A DNA stretch of 64,000 nt from Candidatus Poseidoniaceae archaeon (GCA_943788655.1 CALSRB010000007.1:149774-213773); one strand, 5' to 3'; counted from the first letter of the stretch, positions 26,418-35,947 are shown. Numbers and translations are program-made. The notes: generated by a model from the sequence alone, not told the origin.

Positions 26418-26864
26418 ATGGTTATGTCCGGTGGGGGAAACGACGACCCCCGTGAATCAACTGGTGAGGGTGAAGCCGTTGTCCTTGATTGGTCATTCCA
26501 GAATCATGCAAAAGAAGTCCTACGGAAGGGACGCCATGCCGGCTCCAACTTCCGAAGAGGGATTCTCGACGGTACGGATCTGACCGAAGGAGACTTCTCC
26601 AACTGTGATTTTCGGAAAGCTTCCATGTACGAAGCAGATTTGATGAAATCGGCCTTTGATGGTGCGGATTTTCGTGGCGCAGACCTTCGGAAGGCGCGCC
26701 TAAACCTCTCGAATTTTAGAAATTGTAAATTCGCTGGTGCAGATCTTCGCGGCATACGAGGCAGATATGCCATCTGGCAAGGAAGTGATTGGTGGAACGC
26801 AACAATGGACGAGGGACTGGAAAAGGCGCTCGCCAAAAAATGGCCACGCCCCTCCGATCAGTGA
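26418..26864 (+). CDS. pentapeptide-repeat protein
   Basis: Consecutive A(D/N)LXX-type pentapeptides: GTDLTEGDFSNCDFRKASMYEADLMKSAFDGADFRGADLRKARLNLSNFRNCKFAGADLRG. The ATG follows GAGGTG. Confidence 0.85.
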   Translation: MVMSGGGNDDPRESTGEGEAVVLDWSFQNHAKEVLRKGRHAGSNFRRGILDGTDLTEGDFSNCDFRKASMYEADLMKSAFDGADFRGADLRKARLNLSNFRNCKFAGADLRGIRGRYAIWQGSDWWNATMDEGLEKALAKKWPRPSDQ

Positions 26865-26866
26865 AC

Positions 26867-27517
26867 TCACTCTTCCTGAACAACCACAACGGCGACTTCG
26901 GGATTCGGGTAGAGCGCAAGGCGGGCTCGTGCGTTCAACAACGGAAGTGCTGCCAAGCCAATGCATGTGAACATGCACACGCCACAGAAATATGTCAGAA
27001 TCTCGTAGGTAAGAAGAAGCGGTCCGGCGAGGTTCGCCGTTGCAGCCCCTCCAACCAACCAACTTCCGATGACACCTGAGCCAAGGCCAATGACGGCCCC
27101 TGAAACATTCAGCCATGCACCTAGTGGTTTGAGACGGAACACAAGAATTGAACCGATGAACATCAGGGAAACGGCAATGCCAAGTCCACCTGCCCTCAAG
27201 AGGTAGCCGCCGCTTTCACGTGCAGCGTCGTGAAACTCTTGGTACTGCTCAACCGTTACTTCGTCTTCATCACCAGCTTGACTGTTTGGTGTTTGCAAGA
27301 GTGTGTTAATTTCTGCCTCAGAAAGGTCTTCTGCACTGTGGAGTTGGTAATCGCCATACGCCTGAAAGGCTAGCAAAAGTGCACCAAGAAACATGAGCAC
27401 AGCGACTGTTTTTGGCCCTTTGGTATCGGGGCGAACCGCAAACATATCGACGGGCGCTGCCGGCACAGCAGCGTCGTCATCCATTCGCATTGAGAACCCA
27501 AGATCAAGATCGCTCAT
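26867..27517 (-). CDS. hypothetical membrane protein (about 4 TM)
   Basis: Hydrophobic segments TVAVLMFLGALLLAF, GLGIAVSLMFIGSILVF, VIGLGSGVIGSWLVGGA and YFCGVCMFTCIGLAALPLL. It has a 4-nt overlap with the upstream thioesterase gene. Confidence 0.6.
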   Translation of the reverse strand: MSDLDLGFSMRMDDDAAVPAAPVDMFAVRPDTKGPKTVAVLMFLGALLLAFQAYGDYQLHSAEDLSEAEINTLLQTPNSQAGDEDEVTVEQYQEFHDAARESGGYLLRAGGLGIAVSLMFIGSILVFRLKPLGAWLNVSGAVIGLGSGVIGSWLVGGAATANLAGPLLLTYEILTYFCGVCMFTCIGLAALPLLNARARLALYPNPEVAVVVVQEE

Positions 27518-27936
27518 GCTTCGACCTCCAACAGATGCTTTTGCAACCCTTGACGGAGGTCATCTGGAATTGGTTGTGATTCAAGGGTGTCCATGTTGAC
27601 GCATACGGTGACTTGACTGCTTGTCCAAAGCAAGGTCCCGTGTTGATTGTGAAGATGATATCTCCAGGTGCAGGAGGATGTGCCAATTCGCTCGATGGCG
27701 AGTGTGGCATGAATCGTGTCGCCATACCTCAGAGGAGTAATGAAATCTGTTTCAACATGAACGACTGGGAAACCGATCTTTCGTTCGTTGATCATCACAG
27801 GGTAAGAAACGCCGCACATTGGCTCCCATGCTTCTTCAAAAAAACGGTGCGCTAAGTCAAAGATACGTGGGTAGTAGGCGATGTTTGCGCCGTCCAACAT
27901 TGGGTAATCGACCCTTCGGGACAGTTCAACGGCCAT
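27514..27936 (-). CDS. acyl-CoA thioesterase, hotdog fold (4HBT/YbgC-like)
   Basis: A 140-aa protein with the pattern D..G.i.yp.y..l....fee ... PVVHVETDFITPLRYGD, typical of the 4HBT family. Confidence 0.7.
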   Translation of the reverse strand: MAVELSRRVDYPMLDGANIAYYPRIFDLAHRFFEEAWEPMCGVSYPVMINERKIGFPVVHVETDFITPLRYGDTIHATLAIERIGTSSCTWRYHLHNQHGTLLWTSSQVTVCVNMDTLESQPIPDDLRQGLQKHLLEVEA

Positions 27937-28012
27937 GTTACAGCGAGGGGGTTGGGCGTGAAGAAGGCTTGCTTATGGCAACGTTTGGTTCCACCAAAAG
28001 GCAACCCGTTGC

Positions 28013-28022
28013 GCTTATATCC
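28013..28022 (+). promoter_or_regulatory. TATA-box-like GCTTATATCC for tRNA-Arg
   Basis: Centred about 31 nt upstream of the mature tRNA 5' end (28048), which fits archaeal promoter geometry. Confidence 0.45.
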
Positions 28023-28047
28023 AAGCGGTCGGTGGACCGAACACCAA

Positions 28048-28121
28048 GGCCCTATAGTGTAGCTTGGATATCACGCCGGCTTGCGGAGCCAGCAACCCGT
28101 GTTCGAATCGCGGTGGGGCCG
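28048..28121 (+). tRNA. tRNA-Arg (anticodon GCG)
   Basis: Hand-folded cloverleaf. Acceptor GGCCCTA/TGGGGCC (one T-G pair). D-loop AGCTTGGATA. Anticodon stem CCGGC/GCCAG (one C-A mismatch) with loop TTGCGGA (GCG at 28083-28085, G37). T-arm CCGTG-TTCGAAT-CGCGG. Discriminator G. No encoded CCA and no intron. Confidence 0.8.
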
Positions 28122-28151
28122 CTCTTCTCTGTTCGTTGCGAACGCTTTACC

Positions 28152-28817
28152 TCAAATTCTCCATTCATGGCATGGCCATTCATGCTCTTTCGCATGAAGG
28201 AGCAGTGAACCCTCAGGATTGATGGCCACGGGGTTACCGGTGATTCGCATGAACCAAGAATCTGCCATCGTGTTGCCATATCCGTAACAGGCTGCTAAAT
28301 CGTGGCCGTTTTCTCGGGCATCGGCTTCGACAACAGGGACTTTCCCCTTCCGACGTGGAACCGACCATCCACGCTCTGAGCCGCTCAGGAGGCCTTCTCG
28401 AACTTCAGGGCCGCATCCATACACAGCATCCATGCCAAGCACCTCGGCCATTGCTTCAGCCATTGGGGCGATCGTTGCTGTGACAAGCACAAGGCGGTGG
28501 CCTTGGCTCCGATGCCATTCCAATTTTTCTTTGGCCTCATCTGTCACTCGCAGAGCTAATTTTTCCTTCGCCAGGCGGGTTGAATAGGATTCAAGGACAC
28601 GCCATGAAGCAAGCGAAAAATGGCCTCTGTTTCGAGCGGCATCGTACACTGCTCGCCCCCTTAGGAGGTTTCCGATGAAGCCAAGCGTCCAACTGACGGC
28701 TCCGACTGGGATTCGCCATGGACGGCGTTTGCCGAGTTCTGCTGCGAGGGTCTTCTCACTCGAGGCATCCAAAAGGGTTCCATCCAAGTCGAAGTAGGCT
28801 GCGACCGGTCCTGCCAT
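28152..28817 (-). CDS. HAD-superfamily hydrolase, subfamily IB (phosphoserine-phosphatase-like)
   Basis: Motif I FDLDGTLLD, motif II VLVTAT and the C-terminal GYGNTMADSWFM (motif IV-like), with a cap insertion typical of HAD-IB. Confidence 0.75.
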   Translation of the reverse strand: MAGPVAAYFDLDGTLLDASSEKTLAAELGKRRPWRIPVGAVSWTLGFIGNLLRGRAVYDAARNRGHFSLASWRVLESYSTRLAKEKLALRVTDEAKEKLEWHRSQGHRLVLVTATIAPMAEAMAEVLGMDAVYGCGPEVREGLLSGSERGWSVPRRKGKVPVVEADARENGHDLAACYGYGNTMADSWFMRITGNPVAINPEGSLLLHAKEHEWPCHEWRI

Positions 28818-28872
28818 GGCTAAGGGGGGTCACCCACCGTACATGAGCGCGACCCCATTTTCCATGGGAGAT

Positions 28873-29160
28873 TCAGCGTTTTTGTGGTGCTTGATCGCAA
28901 CCAAGTTCGCCATAGACGCGTCGCCCTGCACGGTGATCTTGCCACCACTCAAGTCGGTCGCCAAGGTGACGAGGAATGAAGAAGCCAACTTTACGAGGCG
29001 TTAGCCCATGATTCCTCATGGACTTGTCATTTGAAAGGCAGGCGACAATGGATTGTGCTGAACACCCAGGGTTCGCGCCCACAAAGCGCATGATCTCAAT
29101 CTTAAGGCGTTCAAAGCGTGCTCGTTTCTGGGAACCTTTTCCCTCTCTGCGTGGTGGCAT
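28873..29160 (-). CDS. small basic hypothetical protein, possible wHTH (96 aa)
   Basis: ATG at 29160 (MPPRREGKGSQKRARFERLKIEIMRFVGANPGCSAQSIVACL...) avoids overlap with the upstream gene. The ORF track extends to 29262. Confidence 0.45.
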   Translation of the reverse strand: MPPRREGKGSQKRARFERLKIEIMRFVGANPGCSAQSIVACLSNDKSMRNHGLTPRKVGFFIPRHLGDRLEWWQDHRAGRRVYGELGCDQAPQKR

Positions 29161-29228
29161 AGCAGGAAAATCGTATTGAACCGATATGAAAGAAACGGTG
29201 GCAGTCCCGCCTAAAAAATTGCTAAAAA

Positions 29229-29654
29229 TCACTCGAACGTGACTTTTTGCGTTGTTTTCCAATTCGCAGTGGCAAGTTTCTTCGCTTTTCCGTCTGCAAT
29301 GATGGGATGGATTGTTTTCAGTTCGCCGTGCATGCCACGAACTTGGAACTTGACCCTCAGTTCTGCGGCTTCGTCTCGAACGACGGCTTCCAATTGCTCT
29401 TCATCCAAATCGATGCTTGCAAGCGTCGATCCGTCGGTGATGCTTGAGATTGTGAAGGTCTTTCCAGAAACAGAAAGTGTGGGCCTGAAGTCCATGTCGT
29501 TTGGATGATTCATCCACACTGAAACATCGACGGACAGGGAATCTCGGATGTTGACTCGGCTGATTTCGACAGTATCGACCATGGCAATCAACTCATCGGA
29601 AGGGTCTGGTATTGATACGCCTTTCCATTCAGCAAAGTGGTCACTCGTAGGCAA
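29229..29654 (-). CDS. hypothetical protein (beta-rich, 141 aa)
   Basis: TTG at 29654 overlaps the upstream stop by 14 nt. An alternative ATG lies at 29582. No family recognised. Confidence 0.45.
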   Translation of the reverse strand: MPTSDHFAEWKGVSIPDPSDELIAMVDTVEISRVNIRDSLSVDVSVWMNHPNDMDFRPTLSVSGKTFTISSITDGSTLASIDLDEEQLEAVVRDEAAELRVKFQVRGMHGELKTIHPIIADGKAKKLATANWKTTQKVTFE

Positions 29655-30825
29655 TTTCTACAAGTTGTGGGACATGAATCTTGACCACAACAGTCAACGT
29701 CCAATCGTTGCCTGGATCGGGATCGGGTGCCCCTGCGAAGAGTGGGTCAGGATCTGCTTGTTGTGCAACAACCGTCCACACCCAGTCTCCTTGGCCTGAA
29801 CGGGCACTCGGATTTGAAAGTAAAAATTCCATGAGTTCCTCTGCCGAGTCTGAATCAAAAATGCCATCCTCTCCAAATCCATTCAATCCGTCGTCTGCTA
29901 CGGTTGCAGTAGCCGATTCGTTTGAGGTGATGTTCTCGCCTGCCGTTTGTTCAGTGCGCTTGTAATTGTCATCGACGATGTACAGATTGAGGGTGAAGTT
30001 GTCTTGGGGGGCAATCACGTCTTGAGCGAGGGTAAGGACGCCCTCGTAATCGAGAACCCTGCCTTGAACACCGGGTGTAATGTTGCCTTGCCATTCCTCG
30101 CCTTGGTCAAGGTACTCATCCCAGGAGTATTCAACCTCCACTGTTTCCCACGTCACTTCATAGCGACGCGTCATGATTTCAAGCTTGAACACTTCTTGGG
30201 CGGTTGCGCCGTTCCCATCATCCAAAAAGATGCTTCCAGTGATGGTTCCTGAGGTGTTTGTCGGCACCAACACTGTGTCTGTTGTCGCATCGACATCATT
30301 GCGTGGGTCGCCATCGTTATCACTGTCTTCGCTCCAATCAAGATCCCACTCAAACATGAGGTCCTTTCCTTCTGGATCATAACTTTCACTGGCGTCGAGC
30401 AGAGCGGAATCACCTGAACGAATCGATTCGGGGAACGTGAGATTCAGCTGCGGGGCTCCGTTCACAAAGATGATCGTGGTGATGTCGTCGGTGCCGCCTT
30501 GGTCGTTCGTAATGGTCAATTGAGCGTTAAAGACACCGAACGAGGCGTATGTGTGTGATGTAAATCCAGAGATTGTTTCAGAGACTTGCCCGTCTCCGAA
30601 GTCCCATTTGTACGTGGTAATGACGCCTTCAACCGCATCGGAATTGCGAGCATCAAACGTTACCGTTTCTCCTTCTTGGATTTGGAGGGGGTAGGCGTTG
30701 AGTGAGGCACGTGGTGCGACCGTTGTGTCCAAAACACCTGTGCAACCTGCAAGTGATGTGGTTGCCATCACGAGGGCCACGAGCATCACGAAACCAACCC
30801 GATAGGGTCCTTGTGTGCTCGACAT
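29641..30825 (-). CDS. lipoprotein with two PKD domains
   Basis: ATG at 30825 gives MSSTQGPYRVGFVMLVALVMATTSLAGCTG (lipobox LAGC). PKD signatures YKWDFGDG and FEWDLDW with DASESYDPEG. Confidence 0.75.
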   Translation of the reverse strand: MSSTQGPYRVGFVMLVALVMATTSLAGCTGVLDTTVAPRASLNAYPLQIQEGETVTFDARNSDAVEGVITTYKWDFGDGQVSETISGFTSHTYASFGVFNAQLTITNDQGGTDDITTIIFVNGAPQLNLTFPESIRSGDSALLDASESYDPEGKDLMFEWDLDWSEDSDNDGDPRNDVDATTDTVLVPTNTSGTITGSIFLDDGNGATAQEVFKLEIMTRRYEVTWETVEVEYSWDEYLDQGEEWQGNITPGVQGRVLDYEGVLTLAQDVIAPQDNFTLNLYIVDDNYKRTEQTAGENITSNESATATVADDGLNGFGEDGIFDSDSAEELMEFLLSNPSARSGQGDWVWTVVAQQADPDPLFAGAPDPDPGNDWTLTVVVKIHVPQLVEIAYE

Positions 30826-31011
30826 AAGTGAGAGGAATCGCCCGCCCTTTCTAACGCTTGGGGGGGTTAGCATAACCTGCATCGAGGTTCGATGGAGATT
30901 CAAGGACCGCCATACATGATCAAAAAGGGATTCTTCAAGCAGATTAATCACCGCAAATCACATCATTTGGCTACGGTGATGTTGAAAGAGGGACAGCGAT
31001 GTCGACCTGCC

Positions 31012-31842
31012 ATGGCCCCTGATGTCTTTGACGGCGAGCGAGTGCTCGCTTTCGATTTAGAGACAACTGGGGTGTCCACGCAATACGATCGAATCGTCCA
31101 ACTGGCCCTGATTGGCGCAAATGCTGAAGGTGAAGCGATCCATTACGAAGAATTGGTCAATCCTCGCCGTCCAATTCCAGCTGGCGCCAGTGGCGTCCAC
31201 GGCATTTATGATCACGATGTGCGCTCGAAGGGAGATTTCTCAACGGTGGCTGATGAAGTTGCGGAACTGATTGAAGGCGCCATCATCGTCGGTCATAACG
31301 TTCGAAAATTCGACATGGGGATGCTTGAAAGCGAGTACCTACGATTAGGAAAAAGAACACCGAAGCCAAAGGCAATCATGGACACATACGAATTGGTGAG
31401 GCGGCTAAAAATAGGCCGGCCCCATGGCCTTGGCGCTCAGTGCACTCGACACGGAATTGCGCTTGAGAACGCCCACACAGCTGCTGCTGATGCTGCTGCA
31501 TCCATGCTTCTTTTCTGGCGTTTGTCAGTCGATCATGCTCCGGCATTCCGCAAATCGATTGAGGAAATTGAGCGCTGGGCCGTGCATGGAAATGTGGATG
31601 CAGAATCGTCAGATCTTGGACGTGGATTGAGTGACTTAACGCCCGTCGACGCCCTGGGTAAAATTCGTATTGATGACGGTCATATGGTGCTCGCCTTTGG
31701 GCGGCATAAGGGCCGACACATTAGCGAAGTCCAGTTTGAAGACCCGCGCTACATCCAATGGTTGCTTTCCCCAAAAGGGATTGAAGACGATGATGCTCGA
31801 CAACAGGTCAAAGCCTACCTCGAACAAGTGGAATCGCCCTGA
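31012..31842 (+). CDS. DEDDh 3'-5' exonuclease (DnaQ/epsilon-like) with a DUF3820-like C-terminal domain
   Basis: Exo I FDLETTG, Exo II GHNVRKFDMGML, Exo III HTAAADAAAS. C-terminal FGRHKGRHISEVQFEDPRYIQWLL. The ORF is open from 30892, and the ATG at 31012 was chosen. Confidence 0.8.
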   Translation: MAPDVFDGERVLAFDLETTGVSTQYDRIVQLALIGANAEGEAIHYEELVNPRRPIPAGASGVHGIYDHDVRSKGDFSTVADEVAELIEGAIIVGHNVRKFDMGMLESEYLRLGKRTPKPKAIMDTYELVRRLKIGRPHGLGAQCTRHGIALENAHTAAADAAASMLLFWRLSVDHAPAFRKSIEEIERWAVHGNVDAESSDLGRGLSDLTPVDALGKIRIDDGHMVLAFGRHKGRHISEVQFEDPRYIQWLLSPKGIEDDDARQQVKAYLEQVESP

Positions 31843-31886
31843 GGAGACTGGGAAGGATTTTTCTTCAAAGGCGAAAATACGAACCC

Positions 31887-32207
31887 ATGCCGTGGGAAAA
31901 AATTGAGGAAGTTAATTCCAATCCAGATGGTGCTGAATTCTTCTGGGATAACATCGATGGCGAGGTGCCGGCCAGGGAATTCCGACTCCTTGATTGCCAA
32001 TCATGCGCTCGTCGATTACGAATTCCTACCACCTACACTGGGCGGATCTTATGCCCTGCGTGCGACCATATGTTCCCCTCTGTCCAGAAAGAGAAAGTAC
32101 GCCTCGAACCGTCGGAGAGTGACCAAGAGGATTGGGATGAAATGAGCACAGGCGGAAAGGTTCTATTCATTATTTCGATGGTCGTATCGGCTTTGTGGTT
32201 GATTTAG
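31887..32207 (+). CDS. small zinc-ribbon protein with a C-terminal TM anchor
   Basis: CQSC-x17-CPAC ribbon. The C-terminus GGKVLFIISMVVSALWLI is hydrophobic. Confidence 0.5.
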   Translation: MPWEKIEEVNSNPDGAEFFWDNIDGEVPAREFRLLDCQSCARRLRIPTTYTGRILCPACDHMFPSVQKEKVRLEPSESDQEDWDEMSTGGKVLFIISMVVSALWLI

Positions 32208-32215
32208 TATGCGCC

Positions 32216-33382
32216 CTACTGTCTGTGATGCTCGATACCATCCGGCATCGGAGCCCAAGGAAGGACATCGCACCAGTGGCCGACGCGCCATACCCTGTTC
32301 TGCGTCATGATCGAGCCAAGGAACAAAGCCCCTTGATGACCGGATGCAAGGGTTTCCTGAAGTGCCTCTTTCCCTCTGTCGGTAAATTTAGCCGACTGTT
32401 GGACGCCAGTTGGAACAGCGCGGCCTTCTGCATTGAGCGGCTCGCATAATTCGAGCACGGCCGCTCCCGATGATGGATCGAATTCATGCAACAACACGAC
32501 TGCGTCAGAGAAATCACTTTTGTGAAGCGTGCCATTCTCGTGTCGCCATTGCCACCAATGCGGGCACCAGGCTTTCCAATCACAAAACCCACCACACGAA
32601 GCATCGCCAACTGTCGGCTCCATAGGCATGGGAGTTGGAACCGTCGCTTGCCAAGCAGCATAGGCATCTTCGAGCACATTGTCCCCAAGCGCAGCCCATT
32701 TTGAAGCGTCATGTGTGTACCAGCCTTCAGTTCGCACCGGAGGCGCATCTGGATTATTGGCAAGAAGAATGTCCCTGTACATTCTCAATTGACGATTGAC
32801 GTCAACTTTGAGTTCACCGTCGGGAACCCGGCCTGTTTTCAGGTCAGCAACGAGCCAACCTTTCGGTTGTCCATCTTCTCCAAGATCGGCCATAAGCAGG
32901 TCAAGGCGGCCCATCAAGCGACCATCTGAGGTTTTCAATTCGCCTTCAACCGCGATTGCTGTCGACTGAATTCGGCGCCATAACGCAGCGGTGATTCTGT
33001 TATGATCAAGACCTCGGACGCCGACGTGATCGAGCAGCATGATGATGCCACCGCGCTGATGTTGGAGCGCATCCTTCCACTTCTCTTCCTTCCATTTTGG
33101 CCGTCGAGGCGTGGCCATGAAGGTGGCTTTCTCCTCTTCCCAACGGTGTTTGAGGATGCGTTCAGCCTCTTCGACGAGCCAACCACTTTCTGAATCCTGC
33201 TTTCCCGAGATGTCGATTTGGAGTAAATCCTCAATCGAGGCGTGGACCGCGGTGCCAACCGATGCCGCCATACCGGCTTTTCTCGGCAAGCCTTGACGGC
33301 TCAACCAGTACATCCGCGGACAGGTCTCATACCGATTCCATGCGGACGGTGAAAGCATGTGGGGTCGTGCTTCATCGGCCAT
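32216..33382 (-). CDS. PD-(D/E)XK nuclease, Cas4/AddB-nuclease-like with a predicted 4Fe-4S cluster
   Basis: N-terminal SPSAWNRYETCPRMYW (first Cys), the catalytic-type GRLDLL ... VADLKTGR, and the C-terminal CGGFCDWKAWC (three Cys). A C-terminal extension of about 80 aa has unknown function. Confidence 0.7.
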   Translation of the reverse strand: MADEARPHMLSPSAWNRYETCPRMYWLSRQGLPRKAGMAASVGTAVHASIEDLLQIDISGKQDSESGWLVEEAERILKHRWEEEKATFMATPRRPKWKEEKWKDALQHQRGGIIMLLDHVGVRGLDHNRITAALWRRIQSTAIAVEGELKTSDGRLMGRLDLLMADLGEDGQPKGWLVADLKTGRVPDGELKVDVNRQLRMYRDILLANNPDAPPVRTEGWYTHDASKWAALGDNVLEDAYAAWQATVPTPMPMEPTVGDASCGGFCDWKAWCPHWWQWRHENGTLHKSDFSDAVVLLHEFDPSSGAAVLELCEPLNAEGRAVPTGVQQSAKFTDRGKEALQETLASGHQGALFLGSIMTQNRVWRVGHWCDVLPWAPMPDGIEHHRQ

Positions 33383-33472
33383 ACCGTGTGCTTATCCTCA
33401 ACGAACATGAAGCCACCGGCTCCATCTTATGGAGGCAAAGTGTTGATACAGAAGGGGGAGTGTGTGGGTGGT

Positions 33473-34267
33473 ATGGAAGGTCCAAAGGTCCGCATAACAA
33501 AAGATGTTAACACAGAAAATGCTCTTGTTGTTGCATGTTTCCCAAGCATCGGCATGGTCTCAAGTGTGGTTGCTCACTTTTTGATTGATCATCTCGATTT
33601 AGAATTCGTTGGTGCCGTTGTTGACAACCGCTTACCAGTCATCACACTCATCAATGACGGTGAGCCGCTTCCGGTGATTCGAGCCTATGCTGGAAAACCA
33701 CAATGCACAATCGAAGGATGCGATCAAGTCATTTTGCTGATGAGTGAACTCGTCATTCCAGAGCCACTGATCAACGACATCGTTTGGGCGATGTTTGAAT
33801 GGTCAAGGGAAAACAACATTGTTGCAGGCGTTGTCATCGATGCATTCGCTAAGGAAGGCATGAAAGGCAGCCTCAACGGTTCAGAACCTTCAATTGAATA
33901 TGAGGACACAGAAGGCGTGGACGTTGTCGGTATCGGTGCGAATGAAAAGGTCCGCGGAATGCTCAAGGAACTCAACATCCCGCTGCTCAACCAGGGCGTC
34001 ATCAAAGGCATCAATGCAGCGATTTTGAGCGAAGCCCGTCGCCGGGGCCTCGACCTCATGTCCATCATGGTAGAGGCAGACCCCCGCTTCCCAGACGCTC
34101 GTGCTGCTGCAACGCTCATTGAACACCTGAATGCATACCTGCCTGCTATCGATTTGCCCCACCAGCCGCTGATTGAAGAAGCAGAATTCCTCGAGGCCCA
34201 AATCAAATCGATGATGGATGGAGCGGCTCTCCCAGAGCCATCTCAAGACAATTCAATGTACGGTTAA
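33473..34267 (+). CDS. PAC2-family proteasome assembly chaperone (paralog 2)
   Basis: VVACFPSIGMVSSVVAHFLI ... DPRFPDARAAATLIEHL. ATG at 33473 aligns with paralog 1. The ORF is open from 33359 and would overlap the divergent gene. Confidence 0.7.
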   Translation: MEGPKVRITKDVNTENALVVACFPSIGMVSSVVAHFLIDHLDLEFVGAVVDNRLPVITLINDGEPLPVIRAYAGKPQCTIEGCDQVILLMSELVIPEPLINDIVWAMFEWSRENNIVAGVVIDAFAKEGMKGSLNGSEPSIEYEDTEGVDVVGIGANEKVRGMLKELNIPLLNQGVIKGINAAILSEARRRGLDLMSIMVEADPRFPDARAAATLIEHLNAYLPAIDLPHQPLIEEAEFLEAQIKSMMDGAALPEPSQDNSMYG

Positions 34268-34821
34268 GCGTTTGAACGCAGCCCAATCGTGGTGCATGCG
34301 ATTCCAACCAAGAGAAGAATGGCACTCAGTGCCGTTGGCATAAGCAAGGTCTCACCATACGGAAGGTGCAACCAATCCAACAACGATTCTCCGCGTGAAA
34401 ACGTACCACCTGCTGAGGCGGTGACCAACATGAAGCCGACCGCTCCTAAGCCGGACACCCCTTGTGTAAGACGGGAGCGTGGCTCATCCCAAAGAGAAAT
34501 TCCGAGGCGCCAGCGAGCGAGAAGTACACCGGAGGCCAGCCCAAGACCGCTCATCGAAAACAGCATTTTGTTGGCAAGAATTGGGCTGCTCATCTCGCCA
34601 CCCGGTGCCGATGAAAGCCCCGTCCAAATGGCAAACGGCGTGGCAATCAACCCAAACAGCATGGCTGAGTGGGCAACGGCATCCAACGAACGGTATGAAG
34701 AACGGATGGAGCCAGGAAGGTACTGATGTGCTAAGCACAAGAGGAATGCGACACCCGAAAGTGCATAGGCGCCAACAACAAGTTCTGTCGCAACGACGTG
34801 CAATGTGTTTGGCGAGATCAT
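34264..34821 (-). CDS. polytopic membrane protein with His residues at helix ends (DUF2231-like, tentative)
   Basis: 185 aa with 4-5 TM. His residues at LHVVA, LAHQY, VAHSAM and WLHLPY. ATGA start/stop overlap with the upstream gene. Confidence 0.4.
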   Translation of the reverse strand: MISPNTLHVVATELVVGAYALSGVAFLLCLAHQYLPGSIRSSYRSLDAVAHSAMLFGLIATPFAIWTGLSSAPGGEMSSPILANKMLFSMSGLGLASGVLLARWRLGISLWDEPRSRLTQGVSGLGAVGFMLVTASAGGTFSRGESLLDWLHLPYGETLLMPTALSAILLLVGIACTTIGLRSNA

Positions 34822-35942
34822 TGTGGTCCATCTCCGTAGGTGCCTGCTAGGTATTCATGTCCATACCATTGCCATTGCTCATCGGTCCAACCGGGGGGAA
34901 GGCCTTCCTTTGGTAATGGAGCGATTGAGGGTTGTGAATCTGCTGCCTCTTCTGCTGGTTGAAGGGCTTCGATGGTTGGTGTTTCGTCATAAATTTTCAA
35001 TGAATCATCGGTTTGTCCGCTGGGCCTCTGCATGGCTAAAACCGCACCAAAGAGCACCAAGCCCATTGCGAGACCTTGGAGATAGATTGGCAAAGCATCG
35101 ACCTCTTCCGGCGTGATTTGAGCGCTTACTGCAAACCAGGGTGTGGTTTGAGAGGGGCCCTCCCCAGAAAGGGTGGCTCTCCATTCAATTGTGGAAGGGG
35201 CAATGGCTGCTGGCAATGTGAATTGCCAATAATTGGCCTCGGTTGAATTGACCGCTGCTTGGATCACAGCTCCATCCTCAGTTCGCCATTCGACCTGCGC
35301 TGCATCGGTGTATTTTGTGTGAAGTAAAACAGTGAGATCTTCACCAACTTCCCGTGCCGTGGTGGGCGTAAAATCTTCGTGGATGCGAGCCAAGTCCTCC
35401 GGCACCGGTGCCACATTGATTTCGAAACCTTGTGATACACCAAAGAAGGGGCTGCCTTGCGCTGGGCCGCTTGCATCAGCGTGATGGACGGCTGCATACA
35501 GGGTCTTCGCACCGATGGCATCGGCCCTCAGCACCCATGTGTGCTCAAGGATGGAGCCCGTTCCATCGGTCGAACGTTCGACATAATTACCGGAGCCACC
35601 TTGCCCGTTCGAGAGGATTTCCCACCCATCCTCCAGCGGCGTATCGCCATGAGCGTTGGTGGAAGACAGCAAGAAAAGGCCAATCAACTGTTCATCATGA
35701 GCAACATCAACGCCTTCGACGACGATGCGAACCTCTGCAGGTTGACCAACCCAAACTTGCTCTGGATATTCAATTGAAAGGGTAAGCAGGGATGTAGCGT
35801 TCTGTCCAGCGTCACCATGGCATGCCCCGCCGCACTGCATATCGCGCAAGCCATCTCCATTGCCGCCGGGTTCAGCAGCTGAAAAAGTGGTCGAAGTAAC
35901 GAGAACAATGAGCAGAACGAGCACCTTGACGCGTTGATTCAT
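34818..35942 (-). CDS. secreted reeler-like domain protein with a CGGACH motif, a C-terminal TM and a Trp-rich tail
   Basis: Signal peptide VKVLVLLIVLVTSTTFSAA. MQCGGACHGDAG lies near the mature N-terminus, followed by a beta-rich domain (LIGLFLLSS...). TM LAMGLVLFGAVLAM. The tail ends LPPGWTDEQWQWYGHEYLAGTYGDGPQ. Confidence 0.5.
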   Translation of the reverse strand: MNQRVKVLVLLIVLVTSTTFSAAEPGGNGDGLRDMQCGGACHGDAGQNATSLLTLSIEYPEQVWVGQPAEVRIVVEGVDVAHDEQLIGLFLLSSTNAHGDTPLEDGWEILSNGQGGSGNYVERSTDGTGSILEHTWVLRADAIGAKTLYAAVHHADASGPAQGSPFFGVSQGFEINVAPVPEDLARIHEDFTPTTAREVGEDLTVLLHTKYTDAAQVEWRTEDGAVIQAAVNSTEANYWQFTLPAAIAPSTIEWRATLSGEGPSQTTPWFAVSAQITPEEVDALPIYLQGLAMGLVLFGAVLAMQRPSGQTDDSLKIYDETPTIEALQPAEEAADSQPSIAPLPKEGLPPGWTDEQWQWYGHEYLAGTYGDGPQ

Positions 35943-35947
35943 CACGT

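Noticed and set aside
27819-28279. ORFs 27819..28208 (+) and 28052..28279 (-)
   Set aside because: Both run through the tRNA-Arg gene and the flanking promoter region. Neither has a protein-like sequence.
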